Part shown: positions 45,624-55,206 of the stretch, piece by piece | Numbering within the stretch: position 1 is the first letter of the stretch | Layout of the letters: each line of letters opens with the position of its first letter | IMG/VR virus record: IMGVR_UViG_3300034782_000041 | Coordinates: 74,407 to 138,406 of that record | Length of the DNA stretch: 64,000 nucleotides | Origin: a virus | Direction: 5' to 3' (one strand) | Made by a program: the position numbers and the translations under genes | Notes under the pieces: generated by a model | The model's input: only the letters and a program-made list of their open reading frames with translations | Told to the model about the DNA's origin: nothing | Database searches by the model: none

Positions 45624-46012
45624 CGTGCCTCCAAGACGTCAAGAATGTTGCGAGCCAGCTCACCATCAGCACTGAACGGATCGTGCTCGCGCGCAAGCTG
45701 TTCGATACGCAAAAGCGCCTCTGCGAGACGTAACGTTTGGCCAGCCGGATCCCACTCTTTGTTTTCGACAACGCGGTGAACAACGCCGAGTAGCGATTGA
45801 CAGTAGTGATCGGTCAGGCAGTCGTTCCACGTCTCGCCACAGTGCGGGCAGGTCTTATGCTGATTGAGAAGCAGCTCGTAGTACGTATCGCGATTCCAAC
45901 CACACACACTGCATTTGGACTCACCGAGTCCAAACACGTGGTAGTTGTGGCCATGACATGGCGGGATCGCGGACCTGACCAGAACGCGTTCCTGTCTCGG
46001 CTTGCTACCCAT
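45620..46012 (-). CDS. hypothetical zinc-ribbon protein
   Basis: CSVCGW…CPHCGETW. Confidence 0.45.
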   Translation of the reverse strand: MGSKPRQERVLVRSAIPPCHGHNYHVFGLGESKCSVCGWNRDTYYELLLNQHKTCPHCGETWNDCLTDHYCQSLLGVVHRVVENKEWDPAGQTLRLAEALLRIEQLAREHDPFSADGELARNILDVLEAR

Positions 46013-46275
46013 TACTTCTCCACCCGCGCTTCAGGAACAACATCGCGTAGGTCGTGACACACACGACACTCACGCAGCGCCAAATAGGCACGCTTGAGCC
46101 GCAACCCGTCTTTGTTGAGCGCCGTATCGGGTTCGAGCGCCAGGTAGTTCAGGTTCGGTCGATAGATCGCTTCGAGCGCGTCGAGAAACTCGCGCACGAC
46201 CGGGCTCTGAATTACTGGCAACCCATCGACGTTTGTCGCAGCTGTGTTGCGTTCCATTATCGCACCGCTGACCAC
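46012..46275 (-). CDS. hypothetical protein
   Basis: 87-aa ORF. Confidence 0.4.
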   Translation of the reverse strand: MVSGAIMERNTAATNVDGLPVIQSPVVREFLDALEAIYRPNLNYLALEPDTALNKDGLRLKRAYLALRECRVCHDLRDVVPEARVEK

Positions 46276-46469
46276 GGAATGCGCGCGCTACACTCCGTGA
46301 TCTCTACAGTAGCTGCGCGAGGAACGGCTTGCAGAATCACACACACTGTTGTCAGTGCGCAGTCCTTGCAGGCGGATGGCTTCTTCCTTCCACAACAGAT
46401 GTGTTCACCCTTAGCGTCATCCCACGTATCGCCGCAAACGGCACACTTGCAAAACGCTGTCATCGCCAC
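46257..46469 (-). CDS. hypothetical zinc-ribbon protein
   Basis: CKCAVCGDTW…CCGRK…CKDC. Confidence 0.4.
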   Translation of the reverse strand: MAMTAFCKCAVCGDTWDDAKGEHICCGRKKPSACKDCALTTVCVILQAVPRAATVEITECSARIPWSAVR

Positions 46470-46487
46470 ATTGTCTCCTTGTTGTAG

Positions 46488-47384
46488 TCAGTAGCCCCTT
46501 TGTGGTTCTCCGTCGAGAAACCAGTGAGCAGTGCCAGGACGTATCTCCGGCCAGTGAGCCGCTTCGTATCTGTCAAGTGAGGGCACATCGACGGGCGGGT
46601 GAAAAACTGGATCGCACACAGACGGTCTACTCGACAGTATCTCGGCTGTAGCGCACGCCAAGTCGCCTTGCGGGTCAGCGCGGATGCCCGCGATCGACTT
46701 TTCGATGCGACGAAGAGCTGCCTTTTGAAGCTCAGGGTCTGGGAGGGCTGGCGCACTGTCAATCGCTGCCTGAATCTTCGTTTTGTCTGTTGAGATGATA
46801 CGACACCGGCGCGCCTTGCCACGCCACATCACTTTGAGGACCCCAGCATCTTCCAGTGCAGCACGGTGCCGCGCGACCGTCAGCTCGACCGTCAGCTCGA
46901 CGCCCATAATCTCGCGGATTCTCCGTACCGCTTCACTAAAGGACGTCCACGCGCCAATTCGTGGACGACGCGGAGGGCGTGGCGTAGGGTCAGGAACCGG
47001 GCGAACCGGACGATAGTAAAGAATACCGTCCTCGATATGTGTGTTGTGAAACGCGGCCGTTAGATTCAGCCCCGACTTAGGCCATTGATTGAGGTTGTAG
47101 ATCTGCGATCGAGTCGCCGCGACAGCGAATACAGTCTTCCAGTCACGAGCGTCTGCGGCTGCGGCGATCTTATCGACCGCTTCCCTGTCATAGATTACCC
47201 CCGACGTGCGTAGCTCCATAATGTTCGGCGGCTTGCGGCACTCTATACAGAACCAGTGATCCCGTGGGAGTTGGCTCTTGGATGCGCTGTGAATGAACAC
47301 GACGGCGTCGGGTGGTATGTCGATACGGCGAATCACTGTAGCTCCGTCACGGCATGTTCGCTGCTCACGCCTCCTCCAACTCAA
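46488..47384 (-). CDS. hypothetical protein (contains 12-bp tandem duplication encoding VELTVELTV)
   Basis: 298-aa ORF; alternative start MELRTSG at 47219. Confidence 0.45.
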   Translation of the reverse strand: MSWRRREQRTCRDGATVIRRIDIPPDAVVFIHSASKSQLPRDHWFCIECRKPPNIMELRTSGVIYDREAVDKIAAAADARDWKTVFAVAATRSQIYNLNQWPKSGLNLTAAFHNTHIEDGILYYRPVRPVPDPTPRPPRRPRIGAWTSFSEAVRRIREIMGVELTVELTVARHRAALEDAGVLKVMWRGKARRCRIISTDKTKIQAAIDSAPALPDPELQKAALRRIEKSIAGIRADPQGDLACATAEILSSRPSVCDPVFHPPVDVPSLDRYEAAHWPEIRPGTAHWFLDGEPQRGY

Positions 47385-47522
47385 GGGAGGCGTAAGGCGC
47401 TCCCATCGTCCCTACGGATGCGCAACTTCGCTTCCGGTCCCGCCTTCGACGTGATCGCAAGCGAGCCCACAAGACATACGGAGGGGATCTCCTAGGTCCA
47501 TGCTTTCGACTCTTGAACCCCA

Positions 47523-47846
47523 TCACTTCCTCCGAACACCTTTGCCAGTCGCCATCCGACAGCCTGTCTGCTTGTTGCACTTGAAAAAGTTGCCATGACC
47601 GTGGGCGCACTCGATGGCGATTGGATCCGGTGAACGGCTAGCCGAGGCTTCCTGCTTCTTGAAGAAGACGGTGCAGGACACGTAACCATCGTCATCACTG
47701 TCTGACGACTGACACTCCACGTCGCTGAACTCACCAGCGTAGTGTTTCTGAGCCCATTCTCGGGCATGGCCAGGAGCATCTCCACTGCCCATCTTGCAAG
47801 ACATCACCAGGGTGAACGTAATCACCCAAAACGCTAGCTTCTTCAT
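47523..47846 (-). CDS. lipoprotein
   Basis: MKKLAFWVITFTLVMSC signal peptide with lipobox. Confidence 0.5.
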   Translation of the reverse strand: MKKLAFWVITFTLVMSCKMGSGDAPGHAREWAQKHYAGEFSDVECQSSDSDDDGYVSCTVFFKKQEASASRSPDPIAIECAHGHGNFFKCNKQTGCRMATGKGVRRK

Positions 47847-47867
47847 TTTCTCCGTCCTTTCCGCCTT

Positions 47868-48572
47868 CTAATCTTTTCTCTGCGCTGAGGCGCGAGCCTT
47901 GAACATGCGCTCACGAACCTGGTCGAGGTTGGTACCGTCGTAGATAACCAGGTTCGGATGCTTGACGTCGGCGTTCCACGGTTGCTTGATCGCGACGACC
48001 AGTCCACGCGGTCGCACTTCGAGCCAGGGCAGGAAGTACGCCGGCCAGTCATCGACGAGCACCTTGCCGTAGACCAGTGACTTTTTCTGCCCGATGGTGA
48101 TGTGTAGATCGGGCGTGTGCTCTTGGCACCACTCTACCTTCTCCATCCACGCGGCCGCGTTGGTGGGCCCCTTGGTCAGCGCGTGGTTCTCGAAGCTCAG
48201 CTCGCGAGCGACTTCCAGGACGTCGAAGCCACGTTTGACAGGTTGAAGGTTGCGCCAGAACCCCGGCTGGGCCTTGATGAGCTTTCGCCGCGCGCTCATC
48301 CACGGTGTAGTAGCGTGCCACCAGGAATCCTTCAGCTCGCCGCTTCTGAGTACTGCAACCTCGGCCTCCGAGCACAAACGCTGCATCTGTTGACCCATCG
48401 CTGCATCGTAGTCCGCGAGCGTGCCGTCGAGATCGAACAAACAAACTGCATCATGCGGTGTTGGATCGGGCTTCCTGATGCTGTGCGGTGGATGATTGAG
48501 ATCCACTCTCCACTCTCTATCAGGCATCACTCTCTCTCTCCAATTCGCGGATGCGCTTCTTGGCCTTCTCAC
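47868..48572 (-). CDS. HAD-superfamily 5'(3')-deoxyribonucleotidase-like hydrolase
   Basis: CLFDLDGTLADYD (DxDGT motif I) and …GKVLVDDW (motif IV-like). Confidence 0.6.
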   Translation of the reverse strand: MRRPRSASANWRERVMPDREWRVDLNHPPHSIRKPDPTPHDAVCLFDLDGTLADYDAAMGQQMQRLCSEAEVAVLRSGELKDSWWHATTPWMSARRKLIKAQPGFWRNLQPVKRGFDVLEVARELSFENHALTKGPTNAAAWMEKVEWCQEHTPDLHITIGQKKSLVYGKVLVDDWPAYFLPWLEVRPRGLVVAIKQPWNADVKHPNLVIYDGTNLDQVRERMFKARASAQRKD

Positions 48573-48816
48573 CCTGATCTGCCACAGCCTGAAGGCGCCT
48601 GATTTCCTCGCGGCGATGCTGCTCCTTTTGACTGCGCGCCTCCGCTTCTACCTTCTTGGCCGCTTGCTTCACCCACACCTCGACCTTGCGAACTCCGTAC
48701 TGCTGAGTGAGCCGCAGGATAGTGTGCTTGGGGGCTTCCTCAGGAGCCTCACGTTCGCGGGGTTCGCCCATACCTAGATCGCGGTACTGCGTTCGGAAGT
48801 CGTCTCCTCCACTCAT
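48520..48816 (-). CDS. hypothetical charged protein
   Basis: 98-aa ORF, Glu/Lys/Arg-rich. Confidence 0.4.
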   Translation of the reverse strand: MSGGDDFRTQYRDLGMGEPREREAPEEAPKHTILRLTQQYGVRKVEVWVKQAAKKVEAEARSQKEQHRREEIRRLQAVADQGEKAKKRIRELERESDA

Positions 48817-49004
48817 GGCCGTTCCTTTCTACCAGTCCTCGATGCGCAAGTAGACGCGACGCAATCCGTCTTCCACGGCTTCGACCTTCAGCACTGGACT
48901 ATCAGCTACTTTGCCAGAGTAGCTAATGCACGTAGTCCACACAGTCATGTCTTCAGCCGCGTTTTCGAGTGCTTTGATTAGCTCTTTTACCGTCATCGGG
49001 TTCA

Positions 49005-49397
49005 TTACGTTTCTTCCCTCAAGCAATCATGCAAACGGTCGCACTCGGCGAGCCATCGATCCTCCTCATCGCCAGTAACTGCGTTGGCGTAATGTAGCTC
49101 GGCTATCGCGATGGCTCGTTCCAGCTTGAGCTTTCTGTTCTCGGCCCGCAGCTGATCGCGCTCGACCAGTAGCTTGTGCCCGCAGTTCGCGCACACAGAT
49201 GTCCGACAGCGTTCGTCCTTTCCGGGAACGGCACACAGGTAGCACGGCAGATCGGCATAGGCCTGGATTTCGTCGAGTTCTGCACGCGCTAGCTCGATGT
49301 CACGTTCGTTGCAGCAGCAAATCTGTTGATCCGGGTGCGAGGGCGTTCCGAATCGATGGAATTCGTCGAGCAACGCAGCTAGTGCCGTAGTTTTCAT
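49005..49397 (-). CDS. hypothetical Cys-rich protein
   Basis: 130-aa ORF with several Cys pairs. Confidence 0.45.
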   Translation of the reverse strand: MKTTALAALLDEFHRFGTPSHPDQQICCCNERDIELARAELDEIQAYADLPCYLCAVPGKDERCRTSVCANCGHKLLVERDQLRAENRKLKLERAIAIAELHYANAVTGDEEDRWLAECDRLHDCLREET

Positions 49398-49602
49398 TTT
49401 GTGTCTCTCGCGCTCTACGACCTCGGTCTTCTGTAGCGCGCCCTAGGGTTATACTGATCTAGGCGCCGCACCACAACCACTATTGTCCCTGTGGATAACC
49501 TGTGTACTGCTCTAATCTCGCTCAGGGAGTGGCTTCTTCTCGCTCCTCCTCGATCCTAAGCGTCCTCTCCAACTCCTCGACGCGGGCGCGAAGCCGCCTC
49601 AC

Positions 49603-49650
49603 GTAACGGTGGCTTCCGCCAGCTTGGTAACGGTGGCTTCCGCCAGCTTC
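49603..49650. repeat. 2 x 23/24-bp direct tandem repeat (GTAACGGTGGCTTCCGCCAGCTT) in a ~260-bp apparently non-coding region
   Basis: Region 49398-49656 has no ORF of 60 aa or more on either strand; the repeat copies are adjacent. Confidence 0.6.
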
Positions 49651-49855
49651 TTCACATCAGTCATCGGCTACCTCGGCGGTGGGCAGTGCGCGAATCCATG
49701 CTGCTGCTGATCGTGCGTCGTCGAGCATGCGTTGGGTAATGCCAAAGTCGAGCAATTCGTCGCGGCTGACAGCACAATCGAGACCGTCAACGACCAACGG
49801 GTGAAGCAGCATTTTGAGCCCGCGCCTCACCTTGGAGGTCATCGTGACCGTGATT

Positions 49856-50248
49856 TTACGCGGCGCGCTCATCGGCTATTGATAGGATGTTGTCGATGTC
49901 CGCCCCAAGTGCGGCTTGCCTGCGCTCGGTGGTAGACATCTTCTCCAGGTCCTCCTTCTCGAAAGGGCCGGACGGAAAGTGCCTTCGGGCACGCTCCAGC
50001 GTCGCAAGCAACAAGGCTTCCCAGTTTCGATCTGACATGCGTGCGTCTTCCATTATGTCTCCTCTTGCCACGCAGAAACTCACCACTTCCCCCCGAGGTT
50101 CCGTCGTCGAAAGCCAACGGGCGACGAACTCTTCGAGTTCTCGTACACGCTGTTCCAGTGAGGGGATGCGCATCGACGCTACGCGTCGGCGCATTTCTTT
50201 ACGGACACGTTGGTCTTCCGGGTCATTGACCATCACATACCTCCCCAC
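49856..50248 (-). CDS. hypothetical protein
   Basis: 130-aa ORF. Confidence 0.4.
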   Translation of the reverse strand: MGRYVMVNDPEDQRVRKEMRRRVASMRIPSLEQRVRELEEFVARWLSTTEPRGEVVSFCVARGDIMEDARMSDRNWEALLLATLERARRHFPSGPFEKEDLEKMSTTERRQAALGADIDNILSIADERAA

Positions 50249-50284
50249 TGCGTGCTTGTCTCCGACCGTGACACAGCCCAGTGA

Positions 50285-50530
50285 TCAGTCCACCTCGTAC
50301 TCGGTCACGACTTTCTTGGCATGCGGTACGACCACTTTACCCTTGATGATGACGAGCTTGCTGCCCCAGTAGTTGGGATCTGACTTCTCCGGCATTTCGG
50401 TGCAAATCTCTACACGCCCGTAGTAGTCCGGGTCCGATACCCGCTCCAACAACTCCTCTTTCGATACCTCCTCGGTGTGGAAGCCATCTTCGCTGCTGTG
50501 GAGAATGAAGTAAGCCATCAGTGTTTCCAA
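50285..50530 (-). CDS. hypothetical protein
   Basis: 81-aa ORF. Confidence 0.4.
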   Translation of the reverse strand: METLMAYFILHSSEDGFHTEEVSKEELLERVSDPDYYGRVEICTEMPEKSDPNYWGSKLVIIKGKVVVPHAKKVVTEYEVD

Positions 50531-50549
50531 CCTTTCACGTGGGAGCGAA

Positions 50550-50702
50550 TCATCGTAGTAGCTCTTCGTTGCTTTGATGAACTACCTGCGGGACCTTCTT
50601 CGACACGGGCTTCTGTTGCGGTTTCTTCTGACGAAGCACGTTGAAGGCCGCGACTGCGAAGGCAACACCAAGCGTTGCGAGAGCGATAATGACCTCGATC
50701 AT
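50550..50702 (-). CDS. hypothetical 50-aa single-TM protein (below the ORF-track cutoff)
   Basis: MIEVIIALATLGVAFAVAAFNVLRQKKPQQKPV…; GGAGAA RBS 7 nt upstream. Confidence 0.3.
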   Translation of the reverse strand: MIEVIIALATLGVAFAVAAFNVLRQKKPQQKPVSKKVPQVVHQSNEELLR

Positions 50703-51097
50703 TTCGGAGTTCTCCTACCGAAATTCCCCTCCGACCCGTCCGTTTTCCAGGAGGGTGCGTAGTAAGGGCGTCTTGGATCTGGGAGAACTTGGCAACGCAC
50801 AGGGCAGCCCTCCGTCAAGTACCCAGGGAAGTCGTCGAAGAACATATCGATCTCCAACTCCTTCAAGAGCACCGCTTTGCACAGTTCACCATGCTCTGTG
50901 TAGTTGGCGTTGTGGACCATACGTGAAGGGATGAAACTGAACCCGTTCTTGCTCAACATGTCCAATGAGTGGACTTTGTCGTGCATGTCAGTGATGACGT
51001 GAACCTCGTGACCAGCTACCAGCAGGGCCAGCATCAATTCGTAGAAAACGTCAGGGTACTTGGAAATGACCCCTCCGATATCGAAAGCGAACTTCAT
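50699..51097 (-). CDS. hypothetical protein
   Basis: Start MKFAFDIGGV…; function unknown. Confidence 0.4.
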   Translation of the reverse strand: MKFAFDIGGVISKYPDVFYELMLALLVAGHEVHVITDMHDKVHSLDMLSKNGFSFIPSRMVHNANYTEHGELCKAVLLKELEIDMFFDDFPGYLTEGCPVRCQVLPDPRRPYYAPSWKTDGSEGNFGRRTPK

Positions 51098-51128
51098 ACG
51101 ATTCTTCCTTGATCGGCCGGAGTGCCAG

Positions 51129-51998
51129 TCAGTCATCCTTCGCGCAACGAAATCCGACGTCGTTGCTGGCTACGCCGGGCTCACGTGACGTGCGTGCCGC
51201 AGTCCGTAGATACGGAGAGGAGGAGGTCGCCGAGCCGCCGCGCACGACGCGCTCTGTACCGGTCACGGGGCCCTTCGGATCGGCATCCGGGGATTCTTCG
51301 TAGTAGGTCGCTGAGTACCAATCGTGGACCCACTCAGCGGCATTCCCCGCCATGTCGTACGCGCCGTACGGACTCACACCATCTGGGTACTGACCGACAG
51401 CGACAGCGTGATCTACCGGCGATTGACAGGAGGTGTAGTTGGCGAAGTCACAGCTGATTGCCCCTGAATCCCAAGGATAGCGTCGTGCGTCTGTTCCTCT
51501 CGCTGCCTTCTCCCACTCTGCTTCTGTGGGTAAACGTTTACCGCGCCATTCACAGTATGTCTGCGCTTGCGCCCACGTAACGCCCCGGACTGGATTCTCT
51601 GGCCCATCCGAGATCAACGGTATCGCACAAACACTGGCCGCTGCACACTCTCCATACGCGGCCTCGGTGACTTCAGTAGCATCGATCAGAAAATCCCCCA
51701 GTGTGACCTCGTGTATAGGCAACTCGTTCGGGTCCGCACACGGGTCGCTGGTGACGTTGCAGCCCATCCAGAAAACGCCTGCGGGAACAGCCACCATGGC
51801 AGTCAGGTCCGCAGCATCTGCCACGGTGCTGTCGATGTTGTCTGCATCTGCCGGCGAACTGTCCACGGCGGGAAGTGCGTCCGCTTCGATCGTTGCGTCG
51901 GCGTGTCGTGCATCCACAGGGTCAGCATCATAATTCGTTGATACTGTTCCACAGGCCGAGGTCGCTACCAATACCAATCCAAAGGTTCGATGACTCAT
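51129..51998 (-). CDS. secreted formylglycine-generating-enzyme (FGE/SUMF1)-domain protein
   Basis: Signal MSHRTFGLVLVATSACG; …VTWAQAQTYCEWRGKRLPTEAEWEKAARG…YDMAGNAAEWV…RVVRGGSA match the FGE-sulfatase fold signature. Confidence 0.65.
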   Translation of the reverse strand: MSHRTFGLVLVATSACGTVSTNYDADPVDARHADATIEADALPAVDSSPADADNIDSTVADAADLTAMVAVPAGVFWMGCNVTSDPCADPNELPIHEVTLGDFLIDATEVTEAAYGECAAASVCAIPLISDGPENPVRGVTWAQAQTYCEWRGKRLPTEAEWEKAARGTDARRYPWDSGAISCDFANYTSCQSPVDHAVAVGQYPDGVSPYGAYDMAGNAAEWVHDWYSATYYEESPDADPKGPVTGTERVVRGGSATSSSPYLRTAARTSREPGVASNDVGFRCAKDD

Positions 51999-52070
51999 CT
52001 TGTGCTCCTTTGTTCCCATAGCCCACAAGCAGTCACAGTGCCTGCCTGTGGGTCATACCACTCTACACGG

Positions 52071-52406
52071 TCAGTCTTCAGAAGGTAGAAACTTGTTCAG
52101 CTCGTCGGTGATCTCTTGCTTCGGCAGTAGGCCTACGAGATGCGCGACCACTTCCTTTTTGCGGAAGATCAACAACGTTGGGACTGCCTGGATTCTGTAG
52201 CGGTCAGTGATCTTCTCGCACTGATCCACATCGACAGCTGCGACCTGGGCTCGCCCTTCGTACTCGCGCGCCAGCTTCTCGATGATGGGTTTGATCTGCT
52301 TGCACGGACCACACCATCGCGCAGTGAAGTCCACGAGTGTGGGCAGCTCTGAATCGAGGAAGGCGTCGAACGTGTCGTCGGTCAGGTTGGTTATCTGTTT
52401 ACTCAT
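52071..52406 (-). CDS. trxA: thioredoxin
   Basis: 111 aa with WCGPCK active site and thioredoxin fold layout. Confidence 0.85.
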   Translation of the reverse strand: MSKQITNLTDDTFDAFLDSELPTLVDFTARWCGPCKQIKPIIEKLAREYEGRAQVAAVDVDQCEKITDRYRIQAVPTLLIFRKKEVVAHLVGLLPKQEITDELNKFLPSED

Positions 52407-52468
52407 AGCTACCCTCTCAAAAAAAAGTTTAGCGGTCCGTTGATCATGCGCTAGCCGCAGGAATTCGG

Positions 52469-53176
52469 CTATGCTTCCAGTTCGGCCTCAGTTTGCGCGA
52501 ACAGCTTATCGATATCGAGCCGCGCTTTTGTCTCAGCCCACAATTTCACACGCTCCCTGATGTAGTCACGGGCGGTGCGGTCGTAGGCATCCCGGATTTC
52601 CGCCCGGGCCTTCACAGCGATCCGTTCGGTAAGGTCTGAGAAGTCTATTGTAGCAAGTGCCTTATCCACTACGGGTGCGGCAACCTTCTCGATGCGCGCC
52701 CGGATCGCCATCATGACAGTGTTGTTCCGATTGCAGCTCTCCAACCGGACACGGTTGAAGCCATCGTCCTGGATACCGAGCACCAAATCGATGATAGCTG
52801 AGAGGCGATTTTTGACGCAGCCCATGACCGTCGCGTCGATAGCACCATCGCTCAGCAACTTCGAGGCAACCAGCACTGCTCGGTCGTTGAGCATCTGTAC
52901 AAGTTGGCCCACGCTTACGGACGGGACCAGCTTGGGCAACTCCGGCTCCAGTTTCTGGCCGTGAGGATTTCGCCTCTCCGGGATGGGATTAAAGTGCGCG
53001 TAGGCAAGCGTCACGATGGCTTGCGAGTCCTTGGTCATCACCGCGGCCGCTACAGCGTCTCGGAAGTCAGGATCGCCATCTATCCGCGAGAGCACGCGCA
53101 ACGCAACGTCCGCGTGTTCAATGCCCGCTTCGAGCACAGCACGTTTCAGGTCTTCGTGTGCGATGTCCTCTCTCAT
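52469..53176 (-). CDS. hypothetical protein
   Basis: 235-aa ORF. Confidence 0.5.
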   Translation of the reverse strand: MREDIAHEDLKRAVLEAGIEHADVALRVLSRIDGDPDFRDAVAAAVMTKDSQAIVTLAYAHFNPIPERRNPHGQKLEPELPKLVPSVSVGQLVQMLNDRAVLVASKLLSDGAIDATVMGCVKNRLSAIIDLVLGIQDDGFNRVRLESCNRNNTVMMAIRARIEKVAAPVVDKALATIDFSDLTERIAVKARAEIRDAYDRTARDYIRERVKLWAETKARLDIDKLFAQTEAELEA

Positions 53177-53180
53177 CAGG

Positions 53181-53849
53181 CTATTCCTCGATGTTTTTCT
53201 CCTCGTGGCCTTCGAGCATCGCGCGGGCCTCGGGGTGGTTCAGTGCGTGAAGGCCGGTCTTGTTGATCGCGTTCTGGATGAACGCCTCGACCTCAGCTTT
53301 TGCGGCTGCAACCACCTTGTCGGTCGCCCGCTGAAACTGCGTAACCGCGAACGGCATGTCGGCCACGATGGCCTGGTGAAGGAGTTGGACCGCCTTCTCG
53401 ACCTCTTCGCAGGTCTTCTTCGAGCTACGTTTGAGGGCCTTCGCGACAACGTCAGTCAGCTTCTTGTAGCGGTCGCTGATCTCCTGGGTGTACTCCTCGA
53501 AACCGTTGTGGACGCGCTCGACCTCCGTCTCGTCATCGGGAGGATCCTCGATACGGTCCGTACCGCGCACGAACCGAATCGTGCACGGCACGCCGTTGCC
53601 GTAGTTCAGTGACGTGAGCATCTCAGCAAACTGAACTGCTGACATCTCGACCTCGATGTACTGGTCAGTCGAGTGGTACCACTCCTTGCTCAGATCGAAG
53701 TGGACCTCGCCCTCGCTGATCGTCAGCCGAACGGTCGCATGGTGGTCTTTGATCGAGCTGCCGAACAGCCGGCCACTACGCCCGTTACAGCGAGCGCACG
53801 AGATCATTCCGTAGGACGGATGCGCGCGGTTGTTGCTTGGTTTCTTCAT
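53181..53849 (-). CDS. hypothetical protein with N-terminal Cys pair
   Basis: 222-aa ORF. Confidence 0.5.
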   Translation of the reverse strand: MKKPSNNRAHPSYGMISCARCNGRSGRLFGSSIKDHHATVRLTISEGEVHFDLSKEWYHSTDQYIEVEMSAVQFAEMLTSLNYGNGVPCTIRFVRGTDRIEDPPDDETEVERVHNGFEEYTQEISDRYKKLTDVVAKALKRSSKKTCEEVEKAVQLLHQAIVADMPFAVTQFQRATDKVVAAAKAEVEAFIQNAINKTGLHALNHPEARAMLEGHEEKNIEE

Positions 53850-53851
53850 AC

Positions 53852-54841
53852 TTAGAACCTGGATTTATTCTTCGGCGCGATTGCAATCGCTATCGCGTAA
53901 GCTGCGTCCATCAGCTCATCTAAGGGTTCGAGCAAGAAATCCACGCCGCTGACAGCACGGTCGAGCCACAGCTTGCGTAAGCCTGTCGTTACGTGATCGA
54001 GACCAACCTCGCTAGTGCGAAGTAGCGGCTGGGGTACACGTCGAAGTAGCGGCTGCAACTCGTTCAGCACCCCCCATTGATGAAAATCCTCGGGGACGTT
54101 TCGCGCGCCGTTGAGTTTCATCCCAGTGAAGTCGGAGTACGCACCAACCGACAGGCGTGAAAGAAAGTCGAAGTCTACGTTGGAGAGGTCTGCATTCGCG
54201 AAGATTGCATTCCCCAGTACTGTGTGGTGCAGCTTGGCGCCACACAGTGAGGCGCCGGTGAAGTCTGCTTCCTTGATTACTGCATGACTCAGGTCTGCGT
54301 TGTCCAAGCACGCACCGGAGAAATCGACTTCGTTCAGCTCCGCGTAACGCAGATCCGCATACTCAAACGACGTGAAGGCGAAACGTGACTTATGCGTGAA
54401 TTTCGCCTTGCGTAGCTTGGCCTTGTCGAATATTGCACCGAACGCGTTGCAGTTAATGAATGTTGCACCACGTAGATCCGCGCTGCTGAAGTCGGTGTCA
54501 GGGAGATTCGTCGTACCCAACTCAGCGGCCTGCATTTTCGCGCTGACGAAAAGCGCGCTGTCGAGATTTGCGTTGTCTAGATTCACGGCACTAAGATTCG
54601 CACCTGCGAAGTCGCACGCGGCCAAGTTTGAGTGTCGTAAGTCGAGTCCCGCTAGCTCGAAGCCAGCGTAGTTACGTCGCTGGAAATTGGCTTGTTGTAG
54701 ATGAACCCGTGCCAAAGCTGCCCAAGACTGACGTGGTGTCAGGTTCTCGAACGTGAGTTTACGTCCATCGACAAGCACGACTTCGGGGTCGTTGGAGTCT
54801 ACGTCACCGGAGTCCGCAGCCAGCTTTGGTGAATCAGTCAT
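53852..54841 (-). CDS. pentapeptide-repeat protein
   Basis: ~35 consecutive A(D/N)LxX pentapeptides (…ANLSAVNLDNANLDSALF…ADLRGATF…ADLRYAELNEVDFSGACLDNADLSHAV…). Confidence 0.75.
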   Translation of the reverse strand: MTDSPKLAADSGDVDSNDPEVVLVDGRKLTFENLTPRQSWAALARVHLQQANFQRRNYAGFELAGLDLRHSNLAACDFAGANLSAVNLDNANLDSALFVSAKMQAAELGTTNLPDTDFSSADLRGATFINCNAFGAIFDKAKLRKAKFTHKSRFAFTSFEYADLRYAELNEVDFSGACLDNADLSHAVIKEADFTGASLCGAKLHHTVLGNAIFANADLSNVDFDFLSRLSVGAYSDFTGMKLNGARNVPEDFHQWGVLNELQPLLRRVPQPLLRTSEVGLDHVTTGLRKLWLDRAVSGVDFLLEPLDELMDAAYAIAIAIAPKNKSRF

Positions 54842-55206
54842 TCCTCGGTAGTACCATGCGAGACTGACAAAAGCGGTTCGGGGGCCAACTCATCGTAGGC
54901 TTGCATCGTTAGCTGCTGTGCTTTGGCCATGGCGACGATAGCCCATCCCGCGCATAACATCTCCTCATCACACAGCTGCTGATAGATCGTGGCGATGTTC
55001 GCGTTACTGGTATTCAACGTCTCCGCTTGCGCTACTTGAGCTGCTAGCTGCATACGCTTTTCGTTCGCAGTAGACCACTTCTGAAGTGCATCCAGCGCTT
55101 CTGCGTGTGCTACCCGTGCCTTCTCACGTGTATCATTCATGGGTGCCGCCAGTGAGAAGTCGCATCGCGTTGATGGCCAGCTCACGAATGCCCGCGTACC
55201 GCTCAC
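54838..55206 (-). CDS. hypothetical protein
   Basis: 122-aa ORF. Confidence 0.4.
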   Translation of the reverse strand: MSGTRAFVSWPSTRCDFSLAAPMNDTREKARVAHAEALDALQKWSTANEKRMQLAAQVAQAETLNTSNANIATIYQQLCDEEMLCAGWAIVAMAKAQQLTMQAYDELAPEPLLSVSHGTTEE

